A stretch of DNA of 64,000 bases from an uncultured Acidimicrobiia bacterium (GTDB taxonomy: Bacteria > Acidobacteriota > Terriglobia > Versatilivoradales > Versatilivoraceae): NCBI GenBank assembly GCA_963786955.1, contig CAWBAT010000005.1:1664001-1728000 (forward strand). Reading direction: 5' to 3'. Positions 52,257 to 63,237 of this stretch are shown in pieces. Under the pieces are notes generated by a model. The model had not been told where the DNA came from, ran no database searches, and saw nothing but the letters and a program-made list of their open reading frames with translations. A program made the translations under genes and the position numbers. The stretch's first letter is position 1, and every line of letters begins with the position of its first letter.

Positions 52257-52513
52257 CAAACAACCCATGAATTTCTATGATCGGAGATCAATGAAGAACA
52301 ACAGTCAATGTACAAGAAGACGGCCCAGAGCGAGAGCATTGCAATATGAGATAAAAACAAATAAAGAAGGTTGTTGTCAATCAGGAGATTAGAGAGAGGC
52401 CGGGAAGCAGAGTGCAGGCCATCTCCTAAAAGATCCGACGCCACTTCCAAATCTTAAAAGTTCCGAAATGGCTGCACACGACTTACAATTGATGACGGAA
52501 GCACCGTGATCTG

Positions 52514-52548
52514 TTATGCTTGACGTAACGCATAATTTATTTTAGGCT
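52514..52548 (+). promoter_or_regulatory. higBA promoter with an autoregulatory inverted repeat
   Basis: TTGACG-17 nt-TAGGCT; TTATGC-N10-GCATAA overlaps the -35 box. Confidence 0.6.
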
Positions 52549-52553
52549 TGGGA

Positions 52554-52838
52554 ATGATCGTCAGTTATCGGGACAAGCGAACCAGAGATTTTGCCGCTGG
52601 GAGGCGAGTCAAGACTTTTTCCGGAATCGAACGCTCTGCGCGCCTAAAACTTGACCGTCTTGAGGCCGCCCTGTCGCTCAAAGATCTTGCCGGATTGCCC
52701 GGCAACCGCTTCGAAAGGCTGATTGGAGACCGCAAAGGACAATACAGCATCCGCGTCAACGACCAATGGCGGATTTGTTTCGAATGGCCCGAGAGATCCC
52801 CCGGACCTGTGAACGTGGAGATTGTTGATTATCATTAG
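52554..52838 (+). CDS. higB: HigB/RelE-family toxin
   Basis: PGNRFE.L.GDRKGQYSIRVNDQWRICF.W...VEIVDYH. Confidence 0.95.
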   Translation: MIVSYRDKRTRDFAAGRRVKTFSGIERSARLKLDRLEAALSLKDLAGLPGNRFERLIGDRKGQYSIRVNDQWRICFEWPERSPGPVNVEIVDYH

Positions 52839-52848
52839 GAGAACCACT

Positions 52849-53151
52849 ATGGCACTCACCGCAATCCACCCAGGGGAGCACCTGGCCGAAGAACTGGAAG
52901 CCCTTGACATGAGTGCTGCCGAGCTTGCCCGTCAGCTCAAAGTGCCGACCAACCGCATCACAGGAATTCTGAACGGCCAGCGCGCTATCACCGGCGACAC
53001 AGCCCTGCGCCTTGCTCATTTCTTCGGAACGAGTGCAGAGTTCTGGCTCAATCTGCAGAGCCTCTACGAGCTGCGACTAGCTGAGGACAAAGCTGGGAAG
53101 TCCATTAAGACTCTCCCAACCCTTAAGCACCGCGAGCCTGCCCACGCATGA
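52849..53151 (+). CDS. higA: HigA antitoxin
   Basis: IHPGEHLAEEL...RAIT.DTALRL..FFGTSAEFWLNLQ..Y. Confidence 0.95.
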   Translation: MALTAIHPGEHLAEELEALDMSAAELARQLKVPTNRITGILNGQRAITGDTALRLAHFFGTSAEFWLNLQSLYELRLAEDKAGKSIKTLPTLKHREPAHA

Positions 53152-53241
53152 AGCCAGATCCGTTAACGCTCGAAGACCTTGAAGGGGGACAGGCAATAGC
53201 CAGCAGCATCGCCCACGGAAAACAGGGGGTTGCTTTCTTTC

Positions 53242-53459
53242 AGCCCGAATTCCGAAGTTGTGTGAGCGTTGCCAAGTGGATCGAGCGCGTGGGACCGCTG
53301 TCCCCCCGCGCAAGCTCAATGAACGCGCGGCGGAGCGCACGTTCCACCTGAATCCGCAGGTCATCGGTATCCTTTCTTCCTTACTTGAACGTCTTGCAGG
53401 TCTCAACCAAATCAGCAAATAGATCTAAAACCCGACTGCCCAACTTCGGAATTCGGGTT
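53242..53459. mobile_element. MITE-like element, family A, copy 2
   Basis: Perfect 17-bp terminal inverted repeat CCCGAATTCCGAAGTTG / CAACTTCGGAATTCGGG; homologous to 9131-9330; abuts the GH32 stop codon. Confidence 0.8.
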
Positions 53460-55199
53460 CAGTACGGGTTTGCGGGCATCATTTCCCAGGCCTTCACGGT
53501 CTTGAAGTGCGCGATGCCGCCGCTGGCGAACAGGCTGACTCCCAGGCTGTCGCTCCGTACCGGATAAACGCGGCGGCTGATGGCTTGGCGGTCGTTGGCA
53601 AAGACCTCCACGACCGACTTGTCCACGAAGACCCGCAGCTTCAGCGGCTCGCCTGGCTTCAAGGCAAACGGGGCGCGCTCGACCACCTTTGCGGCCTTCC
53701 TTGCCGCTGCGGGTGGAGTCGAAGACCAGTTCCTTCTTGTCCGCGTCGTAATAGAGGAGCGTTTCTTCCTCGCCGCTGGGTGAGGCCCGGACTTTCAGGC
53801 CGCAGCGTTGGGCGGCGCCGACTTCGATTTCGATCGCCAGTTCACAGGCATCCCCCGCCACGCCTTCGAGCGCTTTGGTTTCGCCATCGGCCAACGCCAG
53901 ATCGCTCCACGATTTCTCGTGGCAGCGGAGGGTTTCGAGTTCCTTCACCGGCTGGCAGGCGCAAGGTGCCATCCTCGCCCAGCCAGAGCGAGCGGGGCAG
54001 TCCATAGACGCCCGACCAGCCTTTCTCCTTTTCGCCGGACGGGTTGTCGAGCAGCCACGCCCACATGATCTGTCGGCCCTGCCCGTCCATCAAGGCCTCC
54101 GGGGCGAAGTAGGTGTTGTCCACCCACGTCATGCGTCCGTGGTTGTTCGGGGTGAACCGGTCGTTCCGGTAGTCGCCCGACATAGTATTGGCAGCCTTTG
54201 TTGTGGCTGATGAACAAGCAGCAGATGCTTCCCGCTCGGCGGCCCGCCGGCAGGGCTCGAAGGCAGCGGCAGAAAACTGGGGCACATGTTGTCTTCGCTG
54301 CGGTCGGTCCACTCCGGGTTCCGTTCGTAGAAGACGTGGAGGTATTTCCAGTCTTTCAAGTCGTCCGAGACGAAGAGGTAAAGCCGATCGCCCTTGTTCT
54401 GAGAGCGGCGCATCGGGGGCGCGGCCAATTTTGTTCAGCACGAGCAGATTGCCGGTGAGCATGTAGTAGCGGCCGTCTTTCTTCCAGATGTTCGACGGGT
54501 CGGCGGAGCCGTAGAGGAAGGATTTCCCGCTCGGGTCCTTGACCTCCGTGATTCCCCACTCGGTGGATTTGATGACCGGATTGGCATCCAGCTTAGTCCA
54601 GGAATCGAAATCGGGGCCGAGGCTCTTGGCCAGCCCGATGCCTTTGGCGCCCCAGAGCATCCAGTAGGACAGATACGCGGTGCCGTCGTCGTCCACAAAC
54701 GCGCCGCCGCTGAAGCAGCCTTCGTCCCCATTGCCCGGGCCCGATCGCGTCGGGATGATGCCGCCAGTGAACCAGGTCGCCGCTGGAGATGTGGCCCCAG
54801 CAGAAACCCGATCCGTTGCGGTTGTAGAGATACATCAAGTGATAGCGTCCGTTGTGGTAGAACGCGCCGTTCGGGTCGCCGGGCATGCCCATGTCCTCCG
54901 GCACGCAGAAATGGTAAGTCGGACGATAGGGATCGGCGAGGAACCGCTCGCGCAGCAACCGCGCCGAGCGAACCGCTTCATCGGGAACGGGGCTGGTGAA
55001 GCGACCAAGTCTTCGGAATGGGATTGGACTTCCCTTCGTCGCCGCCCGAATCAATCGTCAACACGCTGCTACCTTGTTGGGTTAGGTTCGCGAGTGCGAA
55101 CCAAGCAACGAGCGGTTTGTCTTTGAGCTGGACTGGTTCCGCTCCAGGCGCGACGAGAGCGATTACAAAAGCCAGCAAGGTGATGACAATTGTTTTCAT
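53459..55199 (-). pseudogene. GH32-family glycoside hydrolase with multiple frameshifts and a truncated N-terminal LamG-like domain
   Basis: RPTYHF...GDPNG...YHL.Y, WGH.SS.DL.HW, CFSGG, YFAP, LPR, LRVFVDKSVVEVFAN spread over at least six frame segments. Confidence 0.8.
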
Positions 55200-55327
55200 G
55201 GTGCGGGTATTCATTTTATGGATCGGTGCTGCGCGATAAATGGCAATACTAAGTCTCATTCAAACGGTTGTGAAAGGCCGGGTGAGGGGCCAGCTCGATT
55301 TAATATATCCATTTGATTGCAACTTAG

Positions 55328-55452
55328 TAGTACTTTTCATAAATACGATGACGTATTTTAGGATAGGCGCCGCGTGGGGGCACGCGGCCTACAAACTTGT
55401 AGGCCGGGTCACCGACCCGGCGTTAACGTCACAGTATTTATGAAAAGCACTA
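55328..55452. mobile_element. MITE-like element, family C, copy 2, TA-flanked
   Basis: TA-GTACTTTTCATAAATAC ... GTATTTATGAAAAGCAC-TA; internal back-to-back GTAG REP hairpins. Confidence 0.8.
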
Positions 55453-55629
55453 TTAAGTATAAGGGACGGCTTTGAGCAAAGATTGATCGGAATCAGAAAA
55501 TTCAGAAAATCTCGACTTGGGATGCCGATCAGCCTCTCGCAACGCGAGTTCGCTTGGGGCGAGCGGGAGGGAATTCCGAGGTTCCGAGTTAGTCTGGACG
55601 TCCCGCAGCAACCGCATCGCCAATTGCTC

Positions 55630-55953
55630 TTACCCTTTCTCGGCAAAAGCTGCGTCCACACTCCGAAGCTCGTCTTCGCCCTGGGGTCGCCAGGCGCCGC
55701 CCAGCCTTCGCAACGCTTCATGCAATTCCGGAATGGCTTGGTTCGCGAGGTTTTTTCGCAGCTTCACCCACTCTTCCCGGGTCTTTTTAACCTCCTCGAT
55801 GTTCCCGTCACGACAAAAGGCCCTCGCCGCACTGGCCGCCGATCCATACTCATCTTGAAAATCCTCATGCAGATAGGCGGAGAAAAAATCCCGCAGCCAT
55901 GGATATTCGGCGACCGAAAATACCACTGCTTTTTTCCCTTTATCTCGCTTCAA
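55630..55953 (-). CDS. CdiI-like immunity protein
   Basis: YPWL.DFF.AYLHEDF..EY motif; TTG start overlaps the toxin stop (TTGA). Confidence 0.75.
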   Translation of the reverse strand: MKRDKGKKAVVFSVAEYPWLRDFFSAYLHEDFQDEYGSAASAARAFCRDGNIEEVKKTREEWVKLRKNLANQAIPELHEALRRLGGAWRPQGEDELRSVDAAFAEKG

Positions 55954-56492
55954 TTGCGTGCCTCCGGATACGTCGTCAGCACATGAAAATTCTCCACTCC
56001 GTCCGCCTTCAACACGATCACTGCTTGCGTGCACGGCGATGACTGCGACTCTCCGTGCCTCATACTCCGGCCGATCACCCGACCCGCATTGAAATGCAGA
56101 GCAAGATTCGAGCGCGGATAACCCCGTCGTTCCCAGCTCTCAATCTTTCCTCGGTTGATTCGCAATGCTTCCCCCACGGTTTCTTCCGCAGTATCCCGAT
56201 CCGTCCATGTCGAAGCCGCAGCAATGTTCAGCTCTCTTTGAAGCCGCTCTCGAAGCGCTTCATCGGTCTGACCCACGTGCTTCTTCAGCGTGTGCCCACC
56301 TCGATCCTCATCCGCTGAAAGGTCGTAGCGCCCACTCCTTGGTGGGCTTTTCGCAATGGTTCCTGCTTCGCTTTGCGGCATTGCCTGCTGCATCCGCGGT
56401 TCATGGCTTTCTCCTCCGCACCCAGCAATCCACAATACCCAACCGCAGAAAGAAATCACTTGCAGCCATCTGATCAATTGCCCCGATTTCAT
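55950..56492 (-). CDS. Lipoprotein carrying a bacterial RNase A-like (CdiA-CT type) toxin domain
   Basis: Lipobox IAG-C at residue 25; DL..DE.RGGHTL.KHVG.T...L..R, AS.W.D, terminal VLTTYP. Confidence 0.8.
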   Translation of the reverse strand: MKSGQLIRWLQVISFCGWVLWIAGCGGESHEPRMQQAMPQSEAGTIAKSPPRSGRYDLSADEDRGGHTLKKHVGQTDEALRERLQRELNIAAASTWTDRDTAEETVGEALRINRGKIESWERRGYPRSNLALHFNAGRVIGRSMRHGESQSSPCTQAVIVLKADGVENFHVLTTYPEARN

Positions 56493-56763
56493 TATTATTC
56501 CATTTCATCCCTTAACGAGCGTGACCATCGAACAGAATACTTTCTTCTGTGGAATCTGTCGAAATGCATGCCAGAAACGCCATTGCTTTAGACAGCGATC
56601 TTAGCCGACGCTGAAGTTTTCCAACAGACGAGACTATTCCCCCACTTGCCTTCCCACTCTTTTCCTTTGATTGAGCCCCTCCTCAACAATGGTTATTCCT
56701 TCTTCGCTGCTTCCCACCTCCACTAGTCTTCAAGACAGGTCGCCATCATTCATCCATCCCGCA

Positions 56764-59700
56764 TCAGTAGTAAATCTTCAGCCCAAACTGAATGTTGCGC
56801 GCCCCCTGGGAGGAATAAATCTTGCCCAGACCTGATCCCAGCCCCGTGGAGGGTGCAGTGAAAATAGGGGTGTTCGTGAGATTGATAAACTCGGTTCGAA
56901 ACTCAACTCGTCTCTTATCGCCGATCGGAAATATTTTTTGAAGGCTTAGGTCAAGGGTGCGGAGGCCGGGGCCACGCACCGTCCCCACGCCGCAGCTCCC
57001 AAAAGTCCCCGTTGCCGGTGCGCCATAGGGAGAAGGATCAAACCACTGGAGCCCCCCATCCGGAGCATTTTGGCTGGAACCGAAGACCTGGGCGGGGCTA
57101 TCGCAATTGGCCCGCGGACTCCGTGAGCCGGTTCCAGAGGCGTCGCCGGCCCCTATTGTGAGCGGGAAACCGCCCCGCAATTGCAGAATGTCACCCAGTT
57201 GCCAGTTACCTACCACTCCGTTAACCACAGGGTTCCAATGGTTGCCGAACTTCTTGCCGCGTCCGAAGGGCAGTTCGTAAACGGCATAGCTGGTGAGCAC
57301 GTGCGTGACGTCGTAGTAGCAGGGCCCCCATTCCGCTCGCCTGTCGTAAAGGTTTTGCCAGTAGGAACCTTGCGAGGCGGACTGGCCCCCTGCGCCAAAG
57401 TACCCAATCGAGTCGCTCATGCATTTCGAGTAGGTGTAGGCCACATTGAATTGCAGGCCCTGGCTGAACCGCTTCTGCAGGTTGGCTTGCAGGGCGTCGT
57501 AGAGCATGTTCCCGTTCGATTCGGTCCCGGAGATTTGCGAGACGCTCTGCAGCGCCGGATTGCCCGAGAGGTAAGGGCTGGGGGCGGTAATTGGCGTGCC
57601 GCCGGCATCCACACCGAGCAATTGCCTCTGAAAGTAAGGCATCGGCACCATGAGGTGAGTTCCATGCTGCCCGACATAGCCCACCGTGAGAACCAGGTTG
57701 CTCCAAAACTGATGCTCGATCGTAAAGTTCCATTGCTGAGCGATTGCTGGCCGGATATTCGGATCCCACAGGCGAATATCCGCGTTCTGATACGGGTCCG
57801 TCGGGGAGGCCAGAACCGTCATCCCCTGGTCCAGGGTGGAACCCGGGAAAGTCAGGTTGTCGTAGAAGCTGTTCAAGTCACCGGCAAACGGGGGATTCAA
57901 GGGAAGGCGCAGGCCGGTCCCGGTCCCCTCCAGGTAAGAGGAAACCGTGTAGGCTCCGCGGAAGACCGTCTTCTTTCCCAGTGCCCCCGGCGTATAGGCA
58001 AACCCGAAGCGCGGCTGGAAATTCCCCAGCCCCCAGTTGTAGGAGTTGTAGAGGGCACGATTGTTACTATAGAAAGTACTCTCACCCGGCACTTCAACCT
58101 TGCCGCTGAAAGGTGCGAAGTTCACCTGCCGGTCCCGGACTTCCACCCAGGGCGTATAAGTTTGATAGCGGAGGCCGAGGTTCAGGGTCAGGGAGTCGGT
58201 GACTCGCCATTCATCTTGAAGATAAGCGCCAAAGACATTGGAACGCTGTCCCCAGGTGCCCCCATTGCTGCCGCGTCCCAAAAAGTCGGGAAGCCCCAGC
58301 AAGAAGTCAGCTTCAGGGGCCCCGGAGCCTCCAAAAGGTTGGGCAAGGGTGTCGGGGCCTGCCGTCCACCTTCCGAGGAAGAAGATGGCTCCCGAAACAC
58401 CCCAATTACCAGGATAAAACGTGTTGATCCGCTGTCGCCAATACTGGAATCCGGTATGCAGGATATGCCGGCCCCGGGTAATGACCATGCCGTCTGTTAA
58501 CTGGATGACCGTATCCGCGAAGAGTGCCTGCTTGGGGGTAGACGGGCTTCCAATGGGCCACGTGGGACTCGCGAAGGCGAGGAGCATGAGTCCAGGGCCG
58601 CGATCATTGCCATCCTGGATCCCGAGCTGTTCGGCAAAGTTGCCCACACCGTCTTTGTGGTCTCCATTGAAAAACCAGACGTAATTGACGCCCACCCTGA
58701 CTTCGTTCACAAAGTGCGGGTTCACCGTTCGCGTCCAGTTGACAACACCGTTGCGGGTACGGGCCGACTGTAGCATGTCGAAGACCAGCGGAAATGAGTT
58801 GCTCGTTGGAATATTCTGGCGGCTCCAGGAGAAGCGCCCAAAAAAATGGTCTTTTTGAGTCAAGTTCCAATCCAGCTTGATGTCGAACTGGTCCCCGTTA
58901 ATCGCACTTCGGGTCGTGTTGAGATAGTTATTCGTAAGCTGGCCATTACTCGGCAACGGGTACAAGGACGAAGCGAACAGATTCCGGGCCACCGGATTGA
59001 TCCTGTCCATGGGGATCTGATTATTCGCAAAAGGGGCGCGTACCATCTGTCCCGGGTTGGCTGGATCCGGAATGTAGTGATTAGGATCAGGGTCGTACAA
59101 CTGGATGCCCGACTCTGTCAGTAATTGTGAGAAGTCTCCTCGCCGTTCGGGTTCGGTAAAAACCGTCATCGGGCCGGTCGAGGCCGGGAAGTCATAACGC
59201 TGCCCCTGGTAGTCGCCAAAGAAAAACAGCTTGTCTTTCTTGATGGGACCGCCAATCGTGCCGCCGAACATGTTCCACCGCATCTTGGACCTTTGGCCCC
59301 CGGACCAGTTGGAGGCCCAGTCGTTGGCATTCAAGACGTCATTGCGGAAGAATTCAAAGAGGGTGCCTTGGAACCGGTTGGTCCCCGACTTGATCGTGGC
59401 ACTGATTATCCCTCCCTGCGCGTTCCCGAATTCAGCAGGAGCGTTGTTGGTGATCATGTTGAACTCTTCAATTGCGTCGATGCTCGGAGTGTATCCAACC
59501 TGGTTGTCAGACACCTGGTTGTTGTCGAGACCATCCAGTAGAAAATTATTAGCCTGCTCCCGGTTTCCGTTCACATAAGGCCTGCCCGAACCAAAGCCAT
59601 TAGTTCCGTTGGTGAACGCCGAAGGATCAGGATGAACTGTGCCGGGCACCAGCAGAGTCAACTGGATATAGTTCCGTGTGGCCAGCGGCAGGGCCTCGTT

Positions 59701-60167
59701 GATATTCGATTCAATGACCGCCCCCAATTGAATCGTGTCCGTGTTCAGCAACGGCACCCCTCCCTGCACTTGAATGGTTTGATTGAACGTACCCAGGTGC
59801 ATCTGAAAGTCCAACCGGGCCGTCTGGTTGAGCACCAGCCCCAAGAGAGGATAGACCGCCGTTTGAAATCCCGTTATTTCCACCCTGACTTCATAGCTGC
59901 CAACCGGGACTCGCGGCAGGTTGTAAAATCCCTCCGCATTGGTTTCTGCTGTCCAGACCGTGCCGCGCGCAATATCTTTGGCCTCAACCTTTGCCCCTGC
60001 GATAGGGGTATCCGAGGGGTCCGTGACCTTCCCCTGATAGCCGCAGTCACTTGCTGGCCCCAGGCCGGTTCACGAGCGGCCAGGCAAATGGCGATGAAGA
60101 CAAGAGTCAGAACCATACCGGTTAGGCTCACTCCTTCATCTTTCCTGGATCCGGGATGCATGTTCAT
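56764..60167 (-). CDS. TonB-dependent receptor (carboxypeptidase-regulatory domain, Oar-like), frameshifts near the 5' end
   Basis: LPL..RNY.QL..L.PG, NNFLLDGLDNN, KSGTN, QDEWRV...LTLNLGLRY, terminal RNIQFGLKIYY. The signal/N-domain lies in other frames (60167-59880). Confidence 0.92.
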
Positions 60168-60308
60168 AACACTTCCTTGCTCGGTTCCCCGAGAAAACAT
60201 CAGCCCCACAATCGGCACGTTGATTCTTGTTAATCACGCAATCGAGTCCGGCCACTTTAGATGAAACGACCCCTTCCGCAGGGGAGGTGTGAAAAAATTC
60301 AATTTTGG

Positions 60309-60395
60309 TTCCCCTCCTTGGTTAGGAGGGGGCAAGGGGGTGGTCGTAGGTCCTGCTGGACGAACCCCCTGGAGTCCCCCTTAACCAAGGGGGAC
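60309..60395. repeat. REP-like inverted hairpin doublet
   Basis: TCCCCTCCTTGGTTAGGAGGGG...GGGGGTGGTC and AACCCCCT..GTCCCCCTTAACCAAGGGGGAC. Confidence 0.65.
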
Positions 60396-60434
60396 ACTCG
60401 CAGAGTGACACCGATAGACCTCAATCCAGTATCA

Positions 60435-63156
60435 TCACCGCCCTTTTTCCTTGTAATCCGTGATCCAGATATTGCCCGTGAGTTCGCCCATCGGAAAGAC
60501 GATCTGATTGCGACTTACGGACATGCATTGGAGTCCTTGCGATACATTCCTGATCGATCGCCTGGGATCATGCGAGTGATACACCGGAAAAGGCGCACCC
60601 AGCGGCTTTTTGTTGGTCGGATCCAGCTTCTGCCCCCAGATGCAGCGGAACCCATCCCGCTCCGAAAGGAAATACAGCAGATTTCCATCCGGTGCCCAGT
60701 TCGCGGCCTGGTCAATTCCGGAGCCATCCGTGATGGTCACCCACTCCTTTTCGTCGGCCGCCACGCCATTGCGCAGAGGAATGACCATTATTGAGGACTT
60801 GCACTGCGCTGGTAGTGGAGTGCAAGGCGATCCAGCGGCCGTCGGGCGAAACCTGCGGTTCCCACATATGCATGGGAGTATTGGATCGCCAGTGACCGTT
60901 TGCCTGAATTCACATCAATTGAGTCTATCCGTCCACCGGGGAAGCATGGTATAACAGAAGTGTGTGTCCATCCGGGAACCAGTCGCTAGGACTGCCCGCA
61001 ATCTTCACAGAGCGATCTCGAGGTCAGATCATCGGTATTGGAAACGAAAAGTCTGCCTATTTTGTGACTGTGAACCCACAAAGTAGGCGACCGTTGACCC
61101 GTCCCTGGATATTTTGGGAGGTACAGGATGGTGAACTCAGGCGATTCGGGTAGAAGGGGCCTGACACGCCCGCTCTCCAGCTCTTTAATCATTCCATTCC
61201 AAGTCCTGGGCGCGGCGGGAGGTGTAGACCAATCTCGTGCCATCGGCTGAGATACTGGGCAATCCGTTGATGGAGGTGTCCTGTGTCAGCGCCTTTATCT
61301 CGCCGAGAGCTTTTCCCTGTGTGTGGTCGACAGGCAGGGCCCAGATATTCCCACTCTCCGTCACACTGGAGAAAGCGAGATAGCCGGCGGCCACAGAAGG
61401 CTGGATCTGATGACCAGTCCCGCCGGTCAGACGCTGGGGCGAACCGATAACCTGGAATGTTTTGGGCGAGATGGAAATTTGCCAGATGTCTGAATTGTCC
61501 TGAGCCCTATCGGAAGAGATGATTGTGTCTGCTGTCTTGTCCATTCGAGCAGCTTCGGCCCCAAGTCCATTACGTCGTTGTATACGGGAATGTCTGTCCG
61601 TGTAGCCTGTCCTTTTTCCACCGGTGTCACCCACCAGGCTTTATCTTCTCCGTTGGATTGTTTCCAACAATAAAACAAAATGTGCTTTCCATCCGGAGAC
61701 CAGGTGGGAAGAACCACTCCGGCAAAATCCGGCTGCAACTGCCGTGCCGTCCCTCCGGAAAGAGGCAGGATAAAAGACTTTTCTCCAACATGGTAGGCAA
61801 TCCATCGGCCATCCGGGGAAAAGCGAGGACGATGGCCCTGTTTGGTCAGCAGTCTCTCCTGTCCTCCACCCGCCGGGATCAGATAGATTCCGCCTCCACT
61901 GCGCGCCGAACTAAACGCGATCGAATTGCCGTCCGGTGAAAAGGTGGGTTCAGAGTCATCAGCCGGGTCGCGGGTCAAGCGAAGCGGTTCACCCCGGGCT
62001 TCGCCCCCGGCGAGTCGCTGTACCCAGATGTCCAGGTTCACCTCCCCGCTGCGGTCCGAGGCATAGGCCACCAGCTTCCCATCGGGCGAAAGCGCCGGAT
62101 CGGTGGTTAACCCGGTATCCCAGGTGATCCTTCTCAGCACGGGCGGACTGGAAGGGCCTTCCGATTTTCTTAACTTGAGAAACCAGAATCCAGAGGCGGC
62201 AGTCACTGCAATCAACAGGAGCGATGCTGCCCACCACCAAGACGGGCGCGGCTTTGCTTTTGGCACCGCGGCGGCCAGCTTACCTGTGTCGGTGTCCCGC
62301 TTGAGCCGCTTCAGGTCAGTCAGCATCTCCTTGGCTGACTGGCAGCGCAGGTCCCGGTTCTTTTCCAGGGCCTTGTCTATAACCCGTTCCAGTTCGACAG
62401 GGCACTCCGGGTTCAAACGAACCGGCGCCGTCGGCGTTTGGCTCAGAATCGCATTGAAGATCAAGCCGAGGTCGAGCCGGTGAAGGGCAGTTTGCCCGTG
62501 GCCATCTGGTAGAGCACCACCCCAAACGAAAACAGATCCGTCCGCGCATCCAGCTCCATCCCCATGGCTTGCTCCGGAGACATATAGGCCACCGTCCCGA
62601 TCACCATCCCCGGGCTGGTGAGATCCTCTTCACTGACAGTCGGGACCGCTGAGGTATTCATTGACTCGAGGGCATGTTGGGGAGCACTGGTCAACTTGGC
62701 TAAGCCGAAATCCAGGATCTTGGCCTGACCCCGTTCGGTGACGAAGATATTGGCCGGCTTGATGTCCCGATGGACGATGCCTTTCGAGTGAGCTACTTCC
62801 AGGGCATCGGCAATCTGGATGGCGAGGTCGAGCAACAGTTCCTGTTTGAGCGGTTTCCCTTCAATCCGATGCCGGAGCGTCTGGCCTTCCAACATCTCCA
62901 TCGCGATGAAATGCTGGCCTTCAGACTCGCCGACGTCGTAAATCGTGCAGATATTGGGATGGTTCAGAGCCGAGGCAGCCCGAGCTTCGCGCTGGAATCG
63001 CTCCAGAGTCTGCCGGTCCCCGGACAGTTTCTCAGGCAGGAATTTCAAGGCAACGATACGTTTGAGCCGGATGTCTTCGGCTTTGTACACCACTCCCATC
63101 CCGCCCGCGCCCAGCTTTTCCAGAATTTGATAATGAGAAATGGTCTTCCCGATCAA
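60435..63156 (-). CDS. Hanks-type Ser/Thr kinase with a TM helix and TolB/PD40 beta-propeller, several frameshifts
   Basis: [31 protein letters not shown]. Then a TM segment and SPDG repeats across ORFs 61427, 61185 and 60435. Confidence 0.92.
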
Positions 63157-63175
63157 AGTGATACCTCGGTAAGAG

Positions 63176-63201
63176 GCAGGCTGGAAGCCTGCGCTCCCAG
63201 G
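63176..63201. repeat. Solo REP hairpin
   Basis: GCAGGCTGGAAGCCTGCGCTCCCAGG is the exact reverse complement of 47562-47587. Confidence 0.8.
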
Positions 63202-63237
63202 AAATCCATTCGGATACTGACAGGCGCGTTCGCTTGG

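Noticed and set aside
48894-53151. SNF2 helicase plus HigBA as an anti-phage defence island
   Set aside because: SWIM-SNF2 helicases are common stand-alone genes; no nuclease, methylase or other defence partners are adjacent.
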